NCBI GenBank assembly: GCA_012841635.1
Contig: DUUJ01000040.1
Location: forward strand, 8,942 to 72,941
Length of the DNA stretch: 64,000 nt
DNA from: Clostridiales bacterium
GTDB taxonomy: Bacteria; Bacillota; Clostridia; Oscillospirales; CAG-272
Reading direction: 5' to 3'
A program made the translations under genes and the position numbers. A model generated the notes under the pieces. The model made no database searches. It had not been told where the DNA came from and saw only the letters and a program-made list of their open reading frames with translations. Shown piece after piece: positions 19,301-28,204 of this stretch (position 1 is the stretch's first letter; the number at the start of each line of letters is the position of its first letter).

Positions 19301-19499
19301 GCGGCAGCAGCGTTTGGCTATCGTCCGAAATCCGCAGTTCCCGTCGGCGCTGGTTGAAGTCGGTTTTATCACCTCCGTCGAGGAGTTCGATATGATGATG
19401 CGGCGGGGCGGCGAGAATGTCGCGGCTTCCGGCCGGACTATCGCCGAAGGGATACTTGAATATTATCTGAATCAGGCTCGGTGGCTTGTCGAAGACTGA
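16323..19499 (+). CDS. Membrane-anchored fusion protein: GHL10/DUF187 (YngK-like) glycoside-hydrolase-like domain, Ig-like middle region, and C-terminal N-acetylmuramoyl-L-alanine amidase (Amidase_3)
   Basis: The start must lie downstream of the promoter (ATG 16323 or 16338; neither has a clear RBS). TM helix IIMAAVTLVIGGALILALAL. MRGIWIATVANIDYP...NTVLFQVRP...YAWINPYR resembles DUF187/GHL10. The C-terminus LKIVVDAGHGGSEHGA...YEKDMNLEIA...LLISIHQNS is an Amidase_3 signature. Confidence 0.75.
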   Translation: MQYYNMSENKILRSSGEGSGRRRARRTPAKTEPAAQPNITASKRTGKIRPKTWIIMAAVTLVIGGALILALALRMPGLESRGDGLNSGVTRPLPSRFSEMRGIWIATVANIDYPEKPTTDKRALQNQLDDIIENVISSGANTVLFQVRPSSDALYQSKLFPVSEFLTGEQGGDLPGGFDPYGYLVEEGHRQGLRVYAWINPYRITTGTAESPKTDVNALDKSNPARIHPEWTIAYADGRLYYDPGLPEVRELIVSGVRELVENYETDGVIFDDYFYPYPVKNADFDDDATYIKYGGITRLEDWRRENVNILVRDCYAAIKEINPACEFGIAPFGIWQNDNGSNGGSKTSGFDSYSLIYSDPVAWIKGGYLDFIAPQIYWQFTTSVARFDVLVRWWNAVMSGHESVKLYITHAAYRAPEWDTGEIPQQVEFARSERSYCGSIMYGYGAIKNNDNGVKDKLLSVWNEEIIYDRIGVENGVKLTVTSPYDGSDIGANGSYLIGQCDPVLPLYLNDSPVSLTKSGFFSVFCELKSGANEFLFTHGDERLKYTLYNGKPSKGADAATPASPQYRTLDSFVITNVSPSSGCIIKSGSTLDISCTAPAGATVKAELGAKFITLEPLSPLPEDAKTESGFLCQTYKGQFKAPNLAGSGELAELGRLRIIAESGDNFAEADGGRIRLSPKNGFSLAVRVKADDTEIKVAPDSWYYDDYTSSAAGMEDNVIAMKDGWYQLRMKGYVRESDVEEIEGTVPNSVIKEAALYRSGEDVVAAFTVDRNVPFNGYVDDSGRFVMTLYNVSTRDPAGLEIIDNPLFKTVGQEDGARENVYKYYLALKDKDNFYGFTPSYEDGKLLITFRGPRKIDAGSAAPLSGLKIVVDAGHGGSEHGARSPIYGYYEKDMNLEIAKAAVRRLEQLGAEVVMTRTDDSLIRLADRCRDLLSIKPDLLISIHQNSMPHSTDITMIRGVVALYFADSGLPLAKTVSAKLSESLNRLERATRQQRLAIVRNPQFPSALVEVGFITSVEEFDMMMRRGGENVAASGRTIAEGILEYYLNQARWLVED

Positions 19500-19614
19500 C
19501 GGGACGGCCGAAGACCTTCAGCGGTTAAAAACCGGAGAGTGATTTCAGCTGAAAACAAGAAAGGAGCTGACGGGGCGCGAATACTTTATATATCTCCGTT
19601 CCGTCAATTAATAC

Positions 19615-20187
19615 ATGACCTGGGAAGAACTTGAAGCGGCCGCGATGAACTGCCAAAAATGCCCCCTCGCAAAGACGCGGACAAACTGTGTGCTCGGCTG
19701 CGGCAACCGAAATACCGACCTTATGTTTATCGGCGAAGCTCCGGGGGAGAGCGAGGATTTGCAGGGAATCCCCTTTGTCGGCCGCGCCGGAAAACTGCTC
19801 GACAAATACTTCGAAGCGGTCGGAATAGAGCGGGATGACATTTATATCGCAAACATCCTGAAATGCCGCCCTCCTCAGAACCGCGACCCCGCTCCGGCGG
19901 AGGAAGAAGCCTGCATCGATTATCTGCGCGCTCAGGTGAAGCTGATACAGCCGAATATAATAGTCTGCCTCGGCAGGATATCCGGACAGCGGCTGATGAA
20001 GCCGGATCTGCGCATCACTAAGGAGCACGGCATCTGGGTGAAAAAAGCCGGCGTCATGATGACGACGGTTTATCATCCCTCATATCTGCTGAGACCGAAT
20101 CCTCAGGCGCGGGAACAGATGCTGACGGATATGAAAGAAATCGTCCGCATGCGGGAAGAACTGAGAGGGGGAGGATCAAATGGCTGA
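19615..20187 (+). CDS. Uracil-DNA glycosylase, family 4
   Basis: CQKCPL...MFIGEAPGESEDLQGIPFVGRAGKLL...ANILKCRPPQNRDP motifs. No obvious RBS. Confidence 0.85.
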   Translation: MTWEELEAAAMNCQKCPLAKTRTNCVLGCGNRNTDLMFIGEAPGESEDLQGIPFVGRAGKLLDKYFEAVGIERDDIYIANILKCRPPQNRDPAPAEEEACIDYLRAQVKLIQPNIIVCLGRISGQRLMKPDLRITKEHGIWVKKAGVMMTTVYHPSYLLRPNPQAREQMLTDMKEIVRMREELRGGGSNG

Positions 20188-21142
20188 CAAAGCTTCCACC
20201 GTTGACTTTTCGATGATGTTATCGATGATGCTGACGCTGTTTTTAATGCTCCTCATCGGCTACATTGCAAGAAAAGCCGGATTGATGGACGACAAGTTCT
20301 CAAAGCAGCTCTCCAACCTGATTATCTGCGTCGGACAGCCGTTCATGATATTAAACGCGGTGACAAACGTCGAATATTCAACGGAAAATCTGAAAACCGC
20401 CGGGATAGTCCTGCTTCTGGGTCTTATTATTCACGGCATCACCGCCGTCGTCGCGCATATCGCTTCTTTGCCGATAAAGGACAAGGACGAGCACGCGATA
20501 TTTGAATACGGGCTTATCTTCGGCAACTGCGGCTTCATGGGCTTTCCGATACTCAAATCGCTTCTGGGGGACATCGGGCTTTTCTGGGGCGCGTTCTATG
20601 TCATCGCGTTCAACATCATCGTCTGGACATACGGAATGTTCGTTTTAAGCCGCGCGAGAAGCGAGATTAAGATGAGCTTCAAGGGGATGATTCTCAACTA
20701 CGGCACGACCCCCTGCCTTATCGGGCTGCTGCTCTGGGTGACGCAGATCAAGCTCCCGACTCCCGTCATTGATACGATGAGCTACATGGGCAGCATCTGC
20801 ACCCCGATTTCGATGCTCATCGTCGGCGCGCTGCTGGCGCAGATACCGCTGAAGAATATGTTTACCAATTTAAAGGTATATTATTCGAGCTTTATCCGCC
20901 TTTTGGTGAATCCGCTCGTCGTGATACTGATAGGGAAGCTTGTCGGAGCCGACCGCTTTTTGGGCGAAGCTTTTCTTGTCTTTGCCGCCGTCATGGCGTC
21001 GGTGCCGACCGCCGCGAACTCGGCGATGTTCGCCGAGAGATACGACCTTTTGCCGGTCCGCGCCGCGCATATTGTCGGAATTTCGACCGCGCTGTCGGCG
21101 GTTACCATTCCTTTGATGATACTTGTAGTTTCGATAATATAA
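20180..21142 (+). CDS. AEC (auxin efflux carrier) family transporter
   Basis: GGAGG RBS. About 10 predicted TM helices. The N-terminal LLIGYIARKAGLMDDKFSKQLSNLI pattern is typical of the AEC family. Overlaps the UDG stop by 8 nt. Confidence 0.8.
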   Translation: MADKASTVDFSMMLSMMLTLFLMLLIGYIARKAGLMDDKFSKQLSNLIICVGQPFMILNAVTNVEYSTENLKTAGIVLLLGLIIHGITAVVAHIASLPIKDKDEHAIFEYGLIFGNCGFMGFPILKSLLGDIGLFWGAFYVIAFNIIVWTYGMFVLSRARSEIKMSFKGMILNYGTTPCLIGLLLWVTQIKLPTPVIDTMSYMGSICTPISMLIVGALLAQIPLKNMFTNLKVYYSSFIRLLVNPLVVILIGKLVGADRFLGEAFLVFAAVMASVPTAANSAMFAERYDLLPVRAAHIVGISTALSAVTIPLMILVVSII

Positions 21143-21163
21143 AAATCCGCCTTATAAGGCGGG

Positions 21164-21200
21164 AACGGGACAGCCGGTTTTTGGGCTGTCCCGTTGTTTT
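21164..21200 (+). terminator. Rho-independent terminator after the AEC transporter gene
   Basis: ACGGGACAGCC (21165-21175) pairs with GGCTGTCCCGT (21184-21194), followed by TGTTTT. A smaller CCGCC/GGCGG hairpin precedes it (21147-21162). Confidence 0.8.
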
Positions 21201-21321
21201 GCTCTTATCTTCAATTCCATTATATCACCCGAATCATGCTAATTCAAGCGTTTAATATGCAAAAGTCTGTCTTTGAGTTTTAAATTTAAAGCCGCTTTTT
21301 CGACTTTTTTCGTCTTCCCTC

Positions 21322-21350
21322 TTGCCAAACCGATTCAAATGTGGTATCAT
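21322..21350 (+). promoter_or_regulatory. Sigma-A-type promoter with extended -10
   Basis: TTGCCA (21322-21327), 17-nt spacer, TGgTATCAT (-10 hexamer at 21345-21350). Confidence 0.55.
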
Positions 21351-21396
21351 ATCGACAGAGAAATATAATGTGGGCAGACGCCCGGAGGTATATATC

Positions 21397-22632
21397 ATGG
21401 CACAGAGAAAAACACGCTTCGACAGAAGCCGGTTAAATATCGGCACCTACTGCATCGCCGAATACGCCCGCGAAGACCGGCATGTCCGCGAGATGAAAGA
21501 ATGCGGCATCGACTTTCTGACTGCCGCTCCGAAAGACAAAAAACTGCTTGACAACTGCGAAAAATACGGCATCGGGGTTGTCGCGACCGGAGTTATCCCC
21601 GGCTGGTGGGGCGGCGACGGAGAAAATGCCGGAAAATTCGCAGACGCCGTTCCGCTTGAAAAGGTGAAGGAAGCCGCCGACAAATATGAAGATCACCCCG
21701 CCGTCTGGGGCATCGACGCCGGCGACGAGCCGTCCGCGCTCGACTACGCCCATTACGGAAAGCTGATAAGCTATGCCGAGACTTTATTCCCGGACAAGCT
21801 CATTTACCTGAACCTTTATCCCAACTACGCATCGGTGGCTGAAAATACCGAAAATCAGGTTTACTCTCAGCTCGGCACCGCGACGTATCAGGAGTATATC
21901 GACAAATACGTGCAGCTGGTTCACACCGATTACATCTGCCTTGACAACTACGAATTCGCCGCCGGAGAGCTGAAGCTTTACGACAATCTTCGGATCGTCG
22001 CCAACGCCTGCCGCGATTCGAAGCGCGATTTCTGGATAGTCCTGCAGGTGAATTCGAACAATCCCGACGTATGGCTGACTGCCGACAACCTGCGGCATCA
22101 GGCGTTTTCCTCGATGGCTTTCGGCGCGGTTTCGATCAACTGGGCCTGCTGGACTGCCGGCTGGTGGCACAATCAGGTGCTTGACAAAGAGGGCGAGAAG
22201 ACGGAACAGTATGACAAGCTCAAAACGGTGAACATGGAAATCCGCAAGCTTGAACCGGTTTATATGACCTATAAAAACATCTCCGCCCATTTTGCCGGCA
22301 AAACGAAAGACGCCGTCGCCGGAAGCGGAGTGCTCTGCGTTCCGGTATGGGCAAACGAAATCTTCGCCAATGTAAAGCCGGGCGACGGAGAAACTCTCGC
22401 CGTCGGATACATGAATAAGCGCGAAGGCCGCGGTCACGCGCTCTTCCTCGCCGACGTCACCGACCGCGACGGCGGGGACAAGAACAGATCGGTATCCTTC
22501 ATGGTAAATCCCGGATACAAGGTGAAGGCATACCACAGCGGAGAAGAATTTGAACTCAAATGCGAAAACGGCGTTTACGAAACCGAAATCACCCCCTGCG
22601 GCGCCGTGATGATTACGGCGGAAAAAGAATAA
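21397..22632 (+). CDS. Hypothetical cytoplasmic protein, possibly a clan GH-A-like TIM-barrel hydrolase
   Basis: GGAGG RBS then ATG at 21397 (the track start 21322 lies inside the promoter). VWGIDAGDEPS and YICLDNYEF blocks are loosely GH42/GH-A-like. Not confidently assigned. Confidence 0.45.
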   Translation: MAQRKTRFDRSRLNIGTYCIAEYAREDRHVREMKECGIDFLTAAPKDKKLLDNCEKYGIGVVATGVIPGWWGGDGENAGKFADAVPLEKVKEAADKYEDHPAVWGIDAGDEPSALDYAHYGKLISYAETLFPDKLIYLNLYPNYASVAENTENQVYSQLGTATYQEYIDKYVQLVHTDYICLDNYEFAAGELKLYDNLRIVANACRDSKRDFWIVLQVNSNNPDVWLTADNLRHQAFSSMAFGAVSINWACWTAGWWHNQVLDKEGEKTEQYDKLKTVNMEIRKLEPVYMTYKNISAHFAGKTKDAVAGSGVLCVPVWANEIFANVKPGDGETLAVGYMNKREGRGHALFLADVTDRDGGDKNRSVSFMVNPGYKVKAYHSGEEFELKCENGVYETEITPCGAVMITAEKE

Positions 22633-22650
22633 ATTTCTCACAGAAAAATT

Positions 22651-22694
22651 GCACCCGTGAGGTTTCAGATTACCTCACGGGTGCATATTTTTTA
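22651..22694. terminator. Bidirectional terminator between convergent genes
   Basis: GCACCCGTGAGG (22651-22662) pairs with CCTCACGGGTGC (22673-22684). Flanked by an AAAAA run upstream and ATATTTTTTA downstream. Confidence 0.8.
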
Positions 22695-22699
22695 TTCAA

Positions 22700-24145
22700 T
22701 CAATAACTCTTGCCCCAGAGAACCATCTGCTTTGCCGGTTTGCCGCAGCAGACGCAGACGTCGGAAATGGTTTCCTGATCAAAGGGGATGCAGCGGCTGG
22801 CGACGCCGGTTTCTTCTTTAACCTTGTCTTCGCATTCGGGATCGCCGCACCACATGGCTTTTATAAACCCGTCGCCGTGTTCTTCGAGCGATGCGCGGAT
22901 TTCATCGAGAGTTTTACAGGAGTGAGTGCGCTGTTCTCGGTTGGCGAGCGCCTTTTCGTAAAGCCCGGCTCGGACAGCTTCGAGAGCCTTTTCGACTTCC
23001 GCTTCGATGTCGTCGAGCGAGACGACTTTTTTCGAGCGGTCGAGGCGGGAAACGAGTACGCACTGATTTGCTTCGAGGTCGCGGGGACCTATCTCGAGCC
23101 GGAGCGGAACGCCCTTCATCTCGTATTCGCTGAACTTCCAGCCGGCGCTGTTGTCGGAGTCGTCGAGTTTTACGCGGAAGCGGGCGGAAAGGCGGTCGCT
23201 GAGCGCCGCGGCGGCTTCGCTGACCCCCGCTTTATGGGAGGCTATCGGGATTACAACTATCTGTATCGGCGCGACGGCGGGCGGCAGGACGAGTCCGGAA
23301 TCGTCGCCGTGAGTCATTATAATGCCGCCGATCATGCGGGTGGTTGTGCCCCAGGAAGTCTGGAAGGGATGAACTAACTTATTTTCGTTGTCGGTGAATT
23401 GTATTTCGAAAGCTCTGGCGAAGCCGTCCCCGAAATAATGGGAGGTGCCGGCCTGGAGCGACTTGCCGTCGTGCATCATCGCTTCGATGCAGTAGGTGCG
23501 TTCGGCGCCGGCGAATTTGTCGCTGTCGGTCTTGCGGCCGCGGATAACCGGGACGGCGAGGTCGTGCTCATGGAAATCGGCGTAGATATTGAGCATCTGC
23601 TCGGTCTCGGCAATCGCTTCCTCGGCGGTGGCGTGCATCGTGTGTCCCTCCTGCCAGAGGAATTCGCGGGTACGCAGGAAGGGGCGGGTGTTCTTCTCCC
23701 ACCGGACGACCGAGCACCACTGGTTATACAGCTTCGGCAGGTCGCGGTAGGATTTGATGACATGCTGGAAATGCTCGCAGAAGAGCGTTTCCGACGTCGG
23801 GCGGACGCAGAGCCGTTCGGTCAGCTCCTCGTCGCCGCCGTGGGTTACCCAGGCGACTTCGGGGGCGAAGCCCTCGACGTGGTCCTTCTCCTTCTGGAGC
23901 AGCGACTCGGGGATAAAGAGCGGCATATATACGTTTTCGTGGCCGGTCTCTTTGAATCTGCAGTCAAGTATCCTCTGGATATGCTCCCAGATGGCGTAGC
24001 CGTAGGGGGTGTAAACCATGCAGCCCTTTACCGAGCTGTAATCGCAGAGATCCGCCTTTTTGACGACGTCGGTGTACCACTGGGCGAAATCGGTATCCAT
24101 CGGGGTTATCGCTTCGACTAACTTCTTGTCTTTTTCCTTTGACAT
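22700..24145 (-). CDS. proS: Prolyl-tRNA synthetase (short, archaeal/eukaryote-like type)
   Basis: 481 aa. [42 protein letters not shown], and a C-terminal Cys-rich zinc module (WCGDPECE...CVCCG). Confidence 0.92.
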   Translation of the reverse strand: MSKEKDKKLVEAITPMDTDFAQWYTDVVKKADLCDYSSVKGCMVYTPYGYAIWEHIQRILDCRFKETGHENVYMPLFIPESLLQKEKDHVEGFAPEVAWVTHGGDEELTERLCVRPTSETLFCEHFQHVIKSYRDLPKLYNQWCSVVRWEKNTRPFLRTREFLWQEGHTMHATAEEAIAETEQMLNIYADFHEHDLAVPVIRGRKTDSDKFAGAERTYCIEAMMHDGKSLQAGTSHYFGDGFARAFEIQFTDNENKLVHPFQTSWGTTTRMIGGIIMTHGDDSGLVLPPAVAPIQIVVIPIASHKAGVSEAAAALSDRLSARFRVKLDDSDNSAGWKFSEYEMKGVPLRLEIGPRDLEANQCVLVSRLDRSKKVVSLDDIEAEVEKALEAVRAGLYEKALANREQRTHSCKTLDEIRASLEEHGDGFIKAMWCGDPECEDKVKEETGVASRCIPFDQETISDVCVCCGKPAKQMVLWGKSY

Positions 24146-24170
24146 TTGAATATATCTCCGAATTTATTTA

Positions 24171-26177
24171 TCAGTCTTTTCTCTCATAGCCGGCCATTCT
24201 CGCTTGGTGCTCTTCTTCGGCGCGGCGCTTGTCTTCTTCAACTACCCGCCTATGCTCCTCCGCGTCGCGGCGGCGGATCATATCTTCCTCCTGAGCCATG
24301 CGGCGACGCCGCTCTGCGTCGAGCTCCTCAAGCTCTTCGAAGGTTGGGGCGGGGTCATCTTCCATCGCGCGGCGGAACTGCTCTTCGACCATCAGCTCGT
24401 TCTTCATCAAAAAGGCGGCGATGTATTCAAGCTTGTCGTCGTTTTCGGTGAGTATCCGGCGGGCGGTTTCATAGGCGTCGGTTATTATCCGCTTGATCTC
24501 TGAGTCTATAAGCGCCGCGGTCTCCTCGGAGTAGTTGCGGGCGGTGTTCAGGTCGCGGCCGAGGAAAACCTCGTCATTTGTGTGCTCCGAGCCGTAAACC
24601 ACCGGGCCGAGAATGTCAGACATGCCGTATTTCATCACCATGCTGCGGGCAAGACGGGTCGCGCGGCCGATGTCGTTGGACGCGCCGGTCGAGATATCCC
24701 CCATCTTAAGCGATTCGGCTACCCGGCCGCCCATGAGGGTGATAATCTCGTTTTCGATATCCGAGCGGGACTGGTAGTTTTTGTCTTCTATCGGCAGGCT
24801 CATGGTATAGCCGCCGGCGAGACCGCTCGGGATAACGCTTATTCTGTGGACCGGCTTGTCCGGCTGGCGGAATTTCGTTACTATCGCGTGGCCGGCTTCA
24901 TGATAGGAAGTAAGCTTTCTTTCCTTCTCGGAAATGACTTTCGATTTCTTTTCCGGACCGACGACAACCTTTAAAGCGGCTTCGTCGAGGTCGGTGTTTC
25001 CGATCTTCGGCTTGCCTTTCCGGGCTGCGAGCAGCGCCGCTTCATTCAGCAGGTTAGCCAGATCCGCGCCGGTAAATCCTACGGTGGATCTTGCGAGAGT
25101 GGTGAAATCAACGTCGTCTTCAAAGGGCTTGCCCTCTGCGTGAACTTTGATTATCTCCTCCCTGCCCCTGATATCCGGATAGCCGACCGCTACCTGACGG
25201 TCAAAGCGGCCGGGACGCAGCAGAGCCGGGTCAAGGATGTCGGGGCGGTTTGTCGCGGCTATGACGATAACGCCGTCGTTTGAGCCGAAACCGTCCATCT
25301 CGACCAGAAGCTGGTTCAGAGTCTGTTCGCGCTCGTCGTGTCCGCCGCCCAAGCCCGCGCCGCGGTGGCGTCCGACGGCGTCGATCTCGTCGATAAAGAC
25401 TATCGACGCGGGATTCTTCTTCGCGGTTTCAAACAGGTCTCTTACTCTCGAGGCGCCGACGCCGACATACATTTCGACGAAATCGGAACCGGATATCGAG
25501 TAAAACGGAACTCCGGCTTCCCCGGCGACGGCTTTGGCAAGCAGGGTCTTACCGGTGCCGGGAGGGCCGACAAGCAGAATTCCGTGCGGTATCTTCGCGC
25601 CCAATTTAGTGAAGCGGGAGGGGTCGCGCAGGAAATCTACGACTTCGCGGAGTTCGTTCTTCTCTTCGTCGCAGCCGGCGACGTCCTTGAAATATACCTT
25701 GTGTTTTTCTTCGGCTCCGAGCTTTGTCCGCGCCTTGCCGAAGGTGTTCAGTCTTCCGCCTCCGCGTCCGCCGACTGCCTGGTTCATTACGTAGATCCAG
25801 AGCGCTATCATCAGCACTATGATGATTATATAAGGTATCAGCGACACCCACCAGGGGATATCCACCGGAGCCGGCATGTCGTAATCTGTGATAATGCCCT
25901 TTTCGTACTGCTCGGCTATGAGGTCTGAAAGATCGCTGTAAAAGAGCTCTATCGAACGCAGCTTATACAGGACGACGGCTCCGTCCTGCGTGACCATCGC
26001 GAGGTTGTTCCGGTCGTCGATCTCGAACGCCTTGACTTCCTCGTTTTTGAACATAGATATGACGTCGCTGTAAATTATCTTGTCGGAAGCGGTGCGGTTG
26101 AAAAGCGCGGTTGCCGCGACGAGTATAACGACTATCAGAACGGCATAAAAAATAAAAATCTTATAACTGTTTTTCAT
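24171..26177 (-). CDS. ftsH: ATP-dependent zinc metalloprotease FtsH
   Basis: Two N-terminal TM helices, Walker A GPPGTGKT, Walker [13 protein letters not shown] region, and the HEAGHAIV zinc site. Unusually long Arg/Glu-rich C-terminal tail. Confidence 0.95.
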   Translation of the reverse strand: MKNSYKIFIFYAVLIVVILVAATALFNRTASDKIIYSDVISMFKNEEVKAFEIDDRNNLAMVTQDGAVVLYKLRSIELFYSDLSDLIAEQYEKGIITDYDMPAPVDIPWWVSLIPYIIIIVLMIALWIYVMNQAVGGRGGGRLNTFGKARTKLGAEEKHKVYFKDVAGCDEEKNELREVVDFLRDPSRFTKLGAKIPHGILLVGPPGTGKTLLAKAVAGEAGVPFYSISGSDFVEMYVGVGASRVRDLFETAKKNPASIVFIDEIDAVGRHRGAGLGGGHDEREQTLNQLLVEMDGFGSNDGVIVIAATNRPDILDPALLRPGRFDRQVAVGYPDIRGREEIIKVHAEGKPFEDDVDFTTLARSTVGFTGADLANLLNEAALLAARKGKPKIGNTDLDEAALKVVVGPEKKSKVISEKERKLTSYHEAGHAIVTKFRQPDKPVHRISVIPSGLAGGYTMSLPIEDKNYQSRSDIENEIITLMGGRVAESLKMGDISTGASNDIGRATRLARSMVMKYGMSDILGPVVYGSEHTNDEVFLGRDLNTARNYSEETAALIDSEIKRIITDAYETARRILTENDDKLEYIAAFLMKNELMVEEQFRRAMEDDPAPTFEELEELDAERRRRMAQEEDMIRRRDAEEHRRVVEEDKRRAEEEHQARMAGYERKD

Positions 26178-26224
26178 AATTCCCTAATGTTTTCCGGGGA
26201 TTTTTCCGATCTGCCGGGGCAGAC

Positions 26225-26791
26225 TTACTTTTCATAAATATCTCGTCTGAGAATGCCGATATAAGGCAGAGTGCGGTATTTCTCCGCGTAATCAAGGCCG
26301 TATCCGACGACGAACTCATCCGGTATGATCTTCCCCTTGTAGTCCGGCTCGAAGTCGGTTTCGCGGCGGTCGGGCTTGTCGAGCAGTGCTGCCGATCTTA
26401 CGCTGCGGGCTCCTTTGAGCCTCAGATAGTCGGCGAGATAGGCAAGCGTTCTGCCCGAGTCGATGATATCCTCGACTATGAGTATATCGGTTTCCGGAAG
26501 GTCGCTTCGGAAAAGGTCGAGGATGATATTGACCGATCCGCCGGATTTTGCCGCCTGACCGTATGAAGAGACCTTCATGAAGTCGATCTCCGCCGGAGTT
26601 TTGAGATGCTTCATGAGATCCCCCATGAAGACCACCGAGCCTTTCAGCACCCCGAGCAGCAGCAGGTGGTTTTTGCGGCCGTCGATATAGGAGTAATCGG
26701 CGTCTATCTCGGATGCGATTCTGCGCACGATGGAATCGAGCTCTTCGGCATCTATGAGTATTCTTTCGATGTCGTTTGATAATTCGTTCAT
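26225..26791 (-). CDS. hpt: Hypoxanthine phosphoribosyltransferase
   Basis: 188 aa. PRPP-binding loop ILIVEDIIDSGRTL and VVGYGLDYAEKYRTLPYIG. Lies in the conserved tilS-hpt-ftsH order. Confidence 0.9.
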   Translation of the reverse strand: MNELSNDIERILIDAEELDSIVRRIASEIDADYSYIDGRKNHLLLLGVLKGSVVFMGDLMKHLKTPAEIDFMKVSSYGQAAKSGGSVNIILDLFRSDLPETDILIVEDIIDSGRTLAYLADYLRLKGARSVRSAALLDKPDRRETDFEPDYKGKIIPDEFVVGYGLDYAEKYRTLPYIGILRRDIYEK

Positions 26792-28203
26792 GTTATGTCC
26801 GGACTTTCGTTTGATATATATTCGGCTATCAGAAGACAGCCGTTTTTCGGCTTTTCAAGAAACAGCCCGTCGCGGCAGAGGGGACGGCCGTTGATATGCA
26901 GTTCGGGAACGCAGACAATGCCTTCTTCGTCCCGTATGACCGGAGCCGACGCCCGCCTTTCCGGCGGCATATCCGCGGCGCTCATCAGCTTTGAAAGGCT
27001 TTTTGTCATGCCCAGGCATCTGACATATTCGCCGGGACGCCGGGGGGCAGCAAAAAGCTGTCCTTTTATTTTATCAGAATCGAGGTAAGCTTTCAGTCGG
27101 TTATTGTAAATATTCGGTATCCGTTCTGTATACTTCTCATAATATATTGAAATAAACAGCGACGCTCCCGCCTGAGGCAGCGGATTTTCTCCCTCGCGGA
27201 GGGGAATGTTGTATGATATCTCCGGCTTTTGGCGGATATCTTCGGAGAAAACGGCGCGGCCGCGTTTTATGTCGAGTCTTATCCGCCCCGGCAGAGAAAT
27301 TCCGCCGATATCGACGGCGCCGACGCCGCTTTTAATAAATCCGGCAGCCGCTTCGATATGCCGGCTTTCAAGCTCTCCCGCGCCTGCTTCAAGGCACCTG
27401 CGTCTCAGCCATCGGGTCAATATAGGATCTGCCAAAGCGGCAAGTTCCGATACTTGAGCGTCGGCGGGAAGGGCTGCGGCAAGGCTTTCGAGATATTCGT
27501 CGTCGCGGCGGGCATAGGCGGAGAACCTTGATATCGCCGCAACCGCGGCGGGGTCGACCCGCTTCAGCGCCGGGATTATTTCGCTTCGGATAAAATTCCT
27601 TGTGTATATAGTTTCGGCGTTTGTGCTGTCGGTGACATATGCAAGGCTTTTCTCGGCGCAGTAATCGAGAATCAGGCTTTTTTCGCAGCCGATCAGCGGA
27701 CGGATGATATTCCCTCTTACCGGCGGAATTCCTCCGGCGCCTCTGAGCGACGCGCCGCGGCAGAGGTTGAAGATAAGCGTTTCGGCGTTATCGTAGGCGT
27801 TGTGCGCGACGGCGATTCTGTCGATTCCCCAGAGCCGGCAGAGGCTTTCGAAATACCGGTATCTTATCTCTCTCGCCGCAAGTTCGAGGGGCTGTTTTGC
27901 GGCTTTTGCCGCCGCCGGAACGTCGAAAACTCCGGAAAAAAGCAAAATTCCGCGGCTTTCGCACAGTTCCGAGCAAAAGCGCGCGTCATAAAATGCTTCA
28001 TCCCCGCGGATGAGGTGATTTACATGAGCGGCATACAGCTTAATGCCCCGCTCGCTGCAGATCCTGACCATCAGGTCAAGCAGACAGACCGAGTCGGAGC
28101 CGCCGGAAAGGGCGCAGAGAACGCTGTCTGCGCCTTTCAGCATACCGAAACTCTCGATTGTTTCGCCCGCGGCCGTATAAAGCCGCTCTGCAGAACTGTT
28201 CAT
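26788..28203 (-). CDS. tilS: tRNA(Ile)-lysidine synthetase
   Basis: PP-loop ALSGGSDSVCLL. ATG at 28203, 2 nt after the dnaB stop (the 28242 start in the track would overlap dnaB). Overlaps the hpt start by 4 nt. Confidence 0.85.
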   Translation of the reverse strand: MNSSAERLYTAAGETIESFGMLKGADSVLCALSGGSDSVCLLDLMVRICSERGIKLYAAHVNHLIRGDEAFYDARFCSELCESRGILLFSGVFDVPAAAKAAKQPLELAAREIRYRYFESLCRLWGIDRIAVAHNAYDNAETLIFNLCRGASLRGAGGIPPVRGNIIRPLIGCEKSLILDYCAEKSLAYVTDSTNAETIYTRNFIRSEIIPALKRVDPAAVAAISRFSAYARRDDEYLESLAAALPADAQVSELAALADPILTRWLRRRCLEAGAGELESRHIEAAAGFIKSGVGAVDIGGISLPGRIRLDIKRGRAVFSEDIRQKPEISYNIPLREGENPLPQAGASLFISIYYEKYTERIPNIYNNRLKAYLDSDKIKGQLFAAPRRPGEYVRCLGMTKSLSKLMSAADMPPERRASAPVIRDEEGIVCVPELHINGRPLCRDGLFLEKPKNGCLLIAEYISNESPDIT

Positions 28204-28204
28204 C

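Noticed and set aside
24146-24170. A possible T-box or other leader upstream of proS.
   Set aside because: Only 25 nt separate the ftsH stop from the proS start, with just a GGAGA RBS, so there is no room for a leader RNA. proS is most likely co-transcribed with ftsH.
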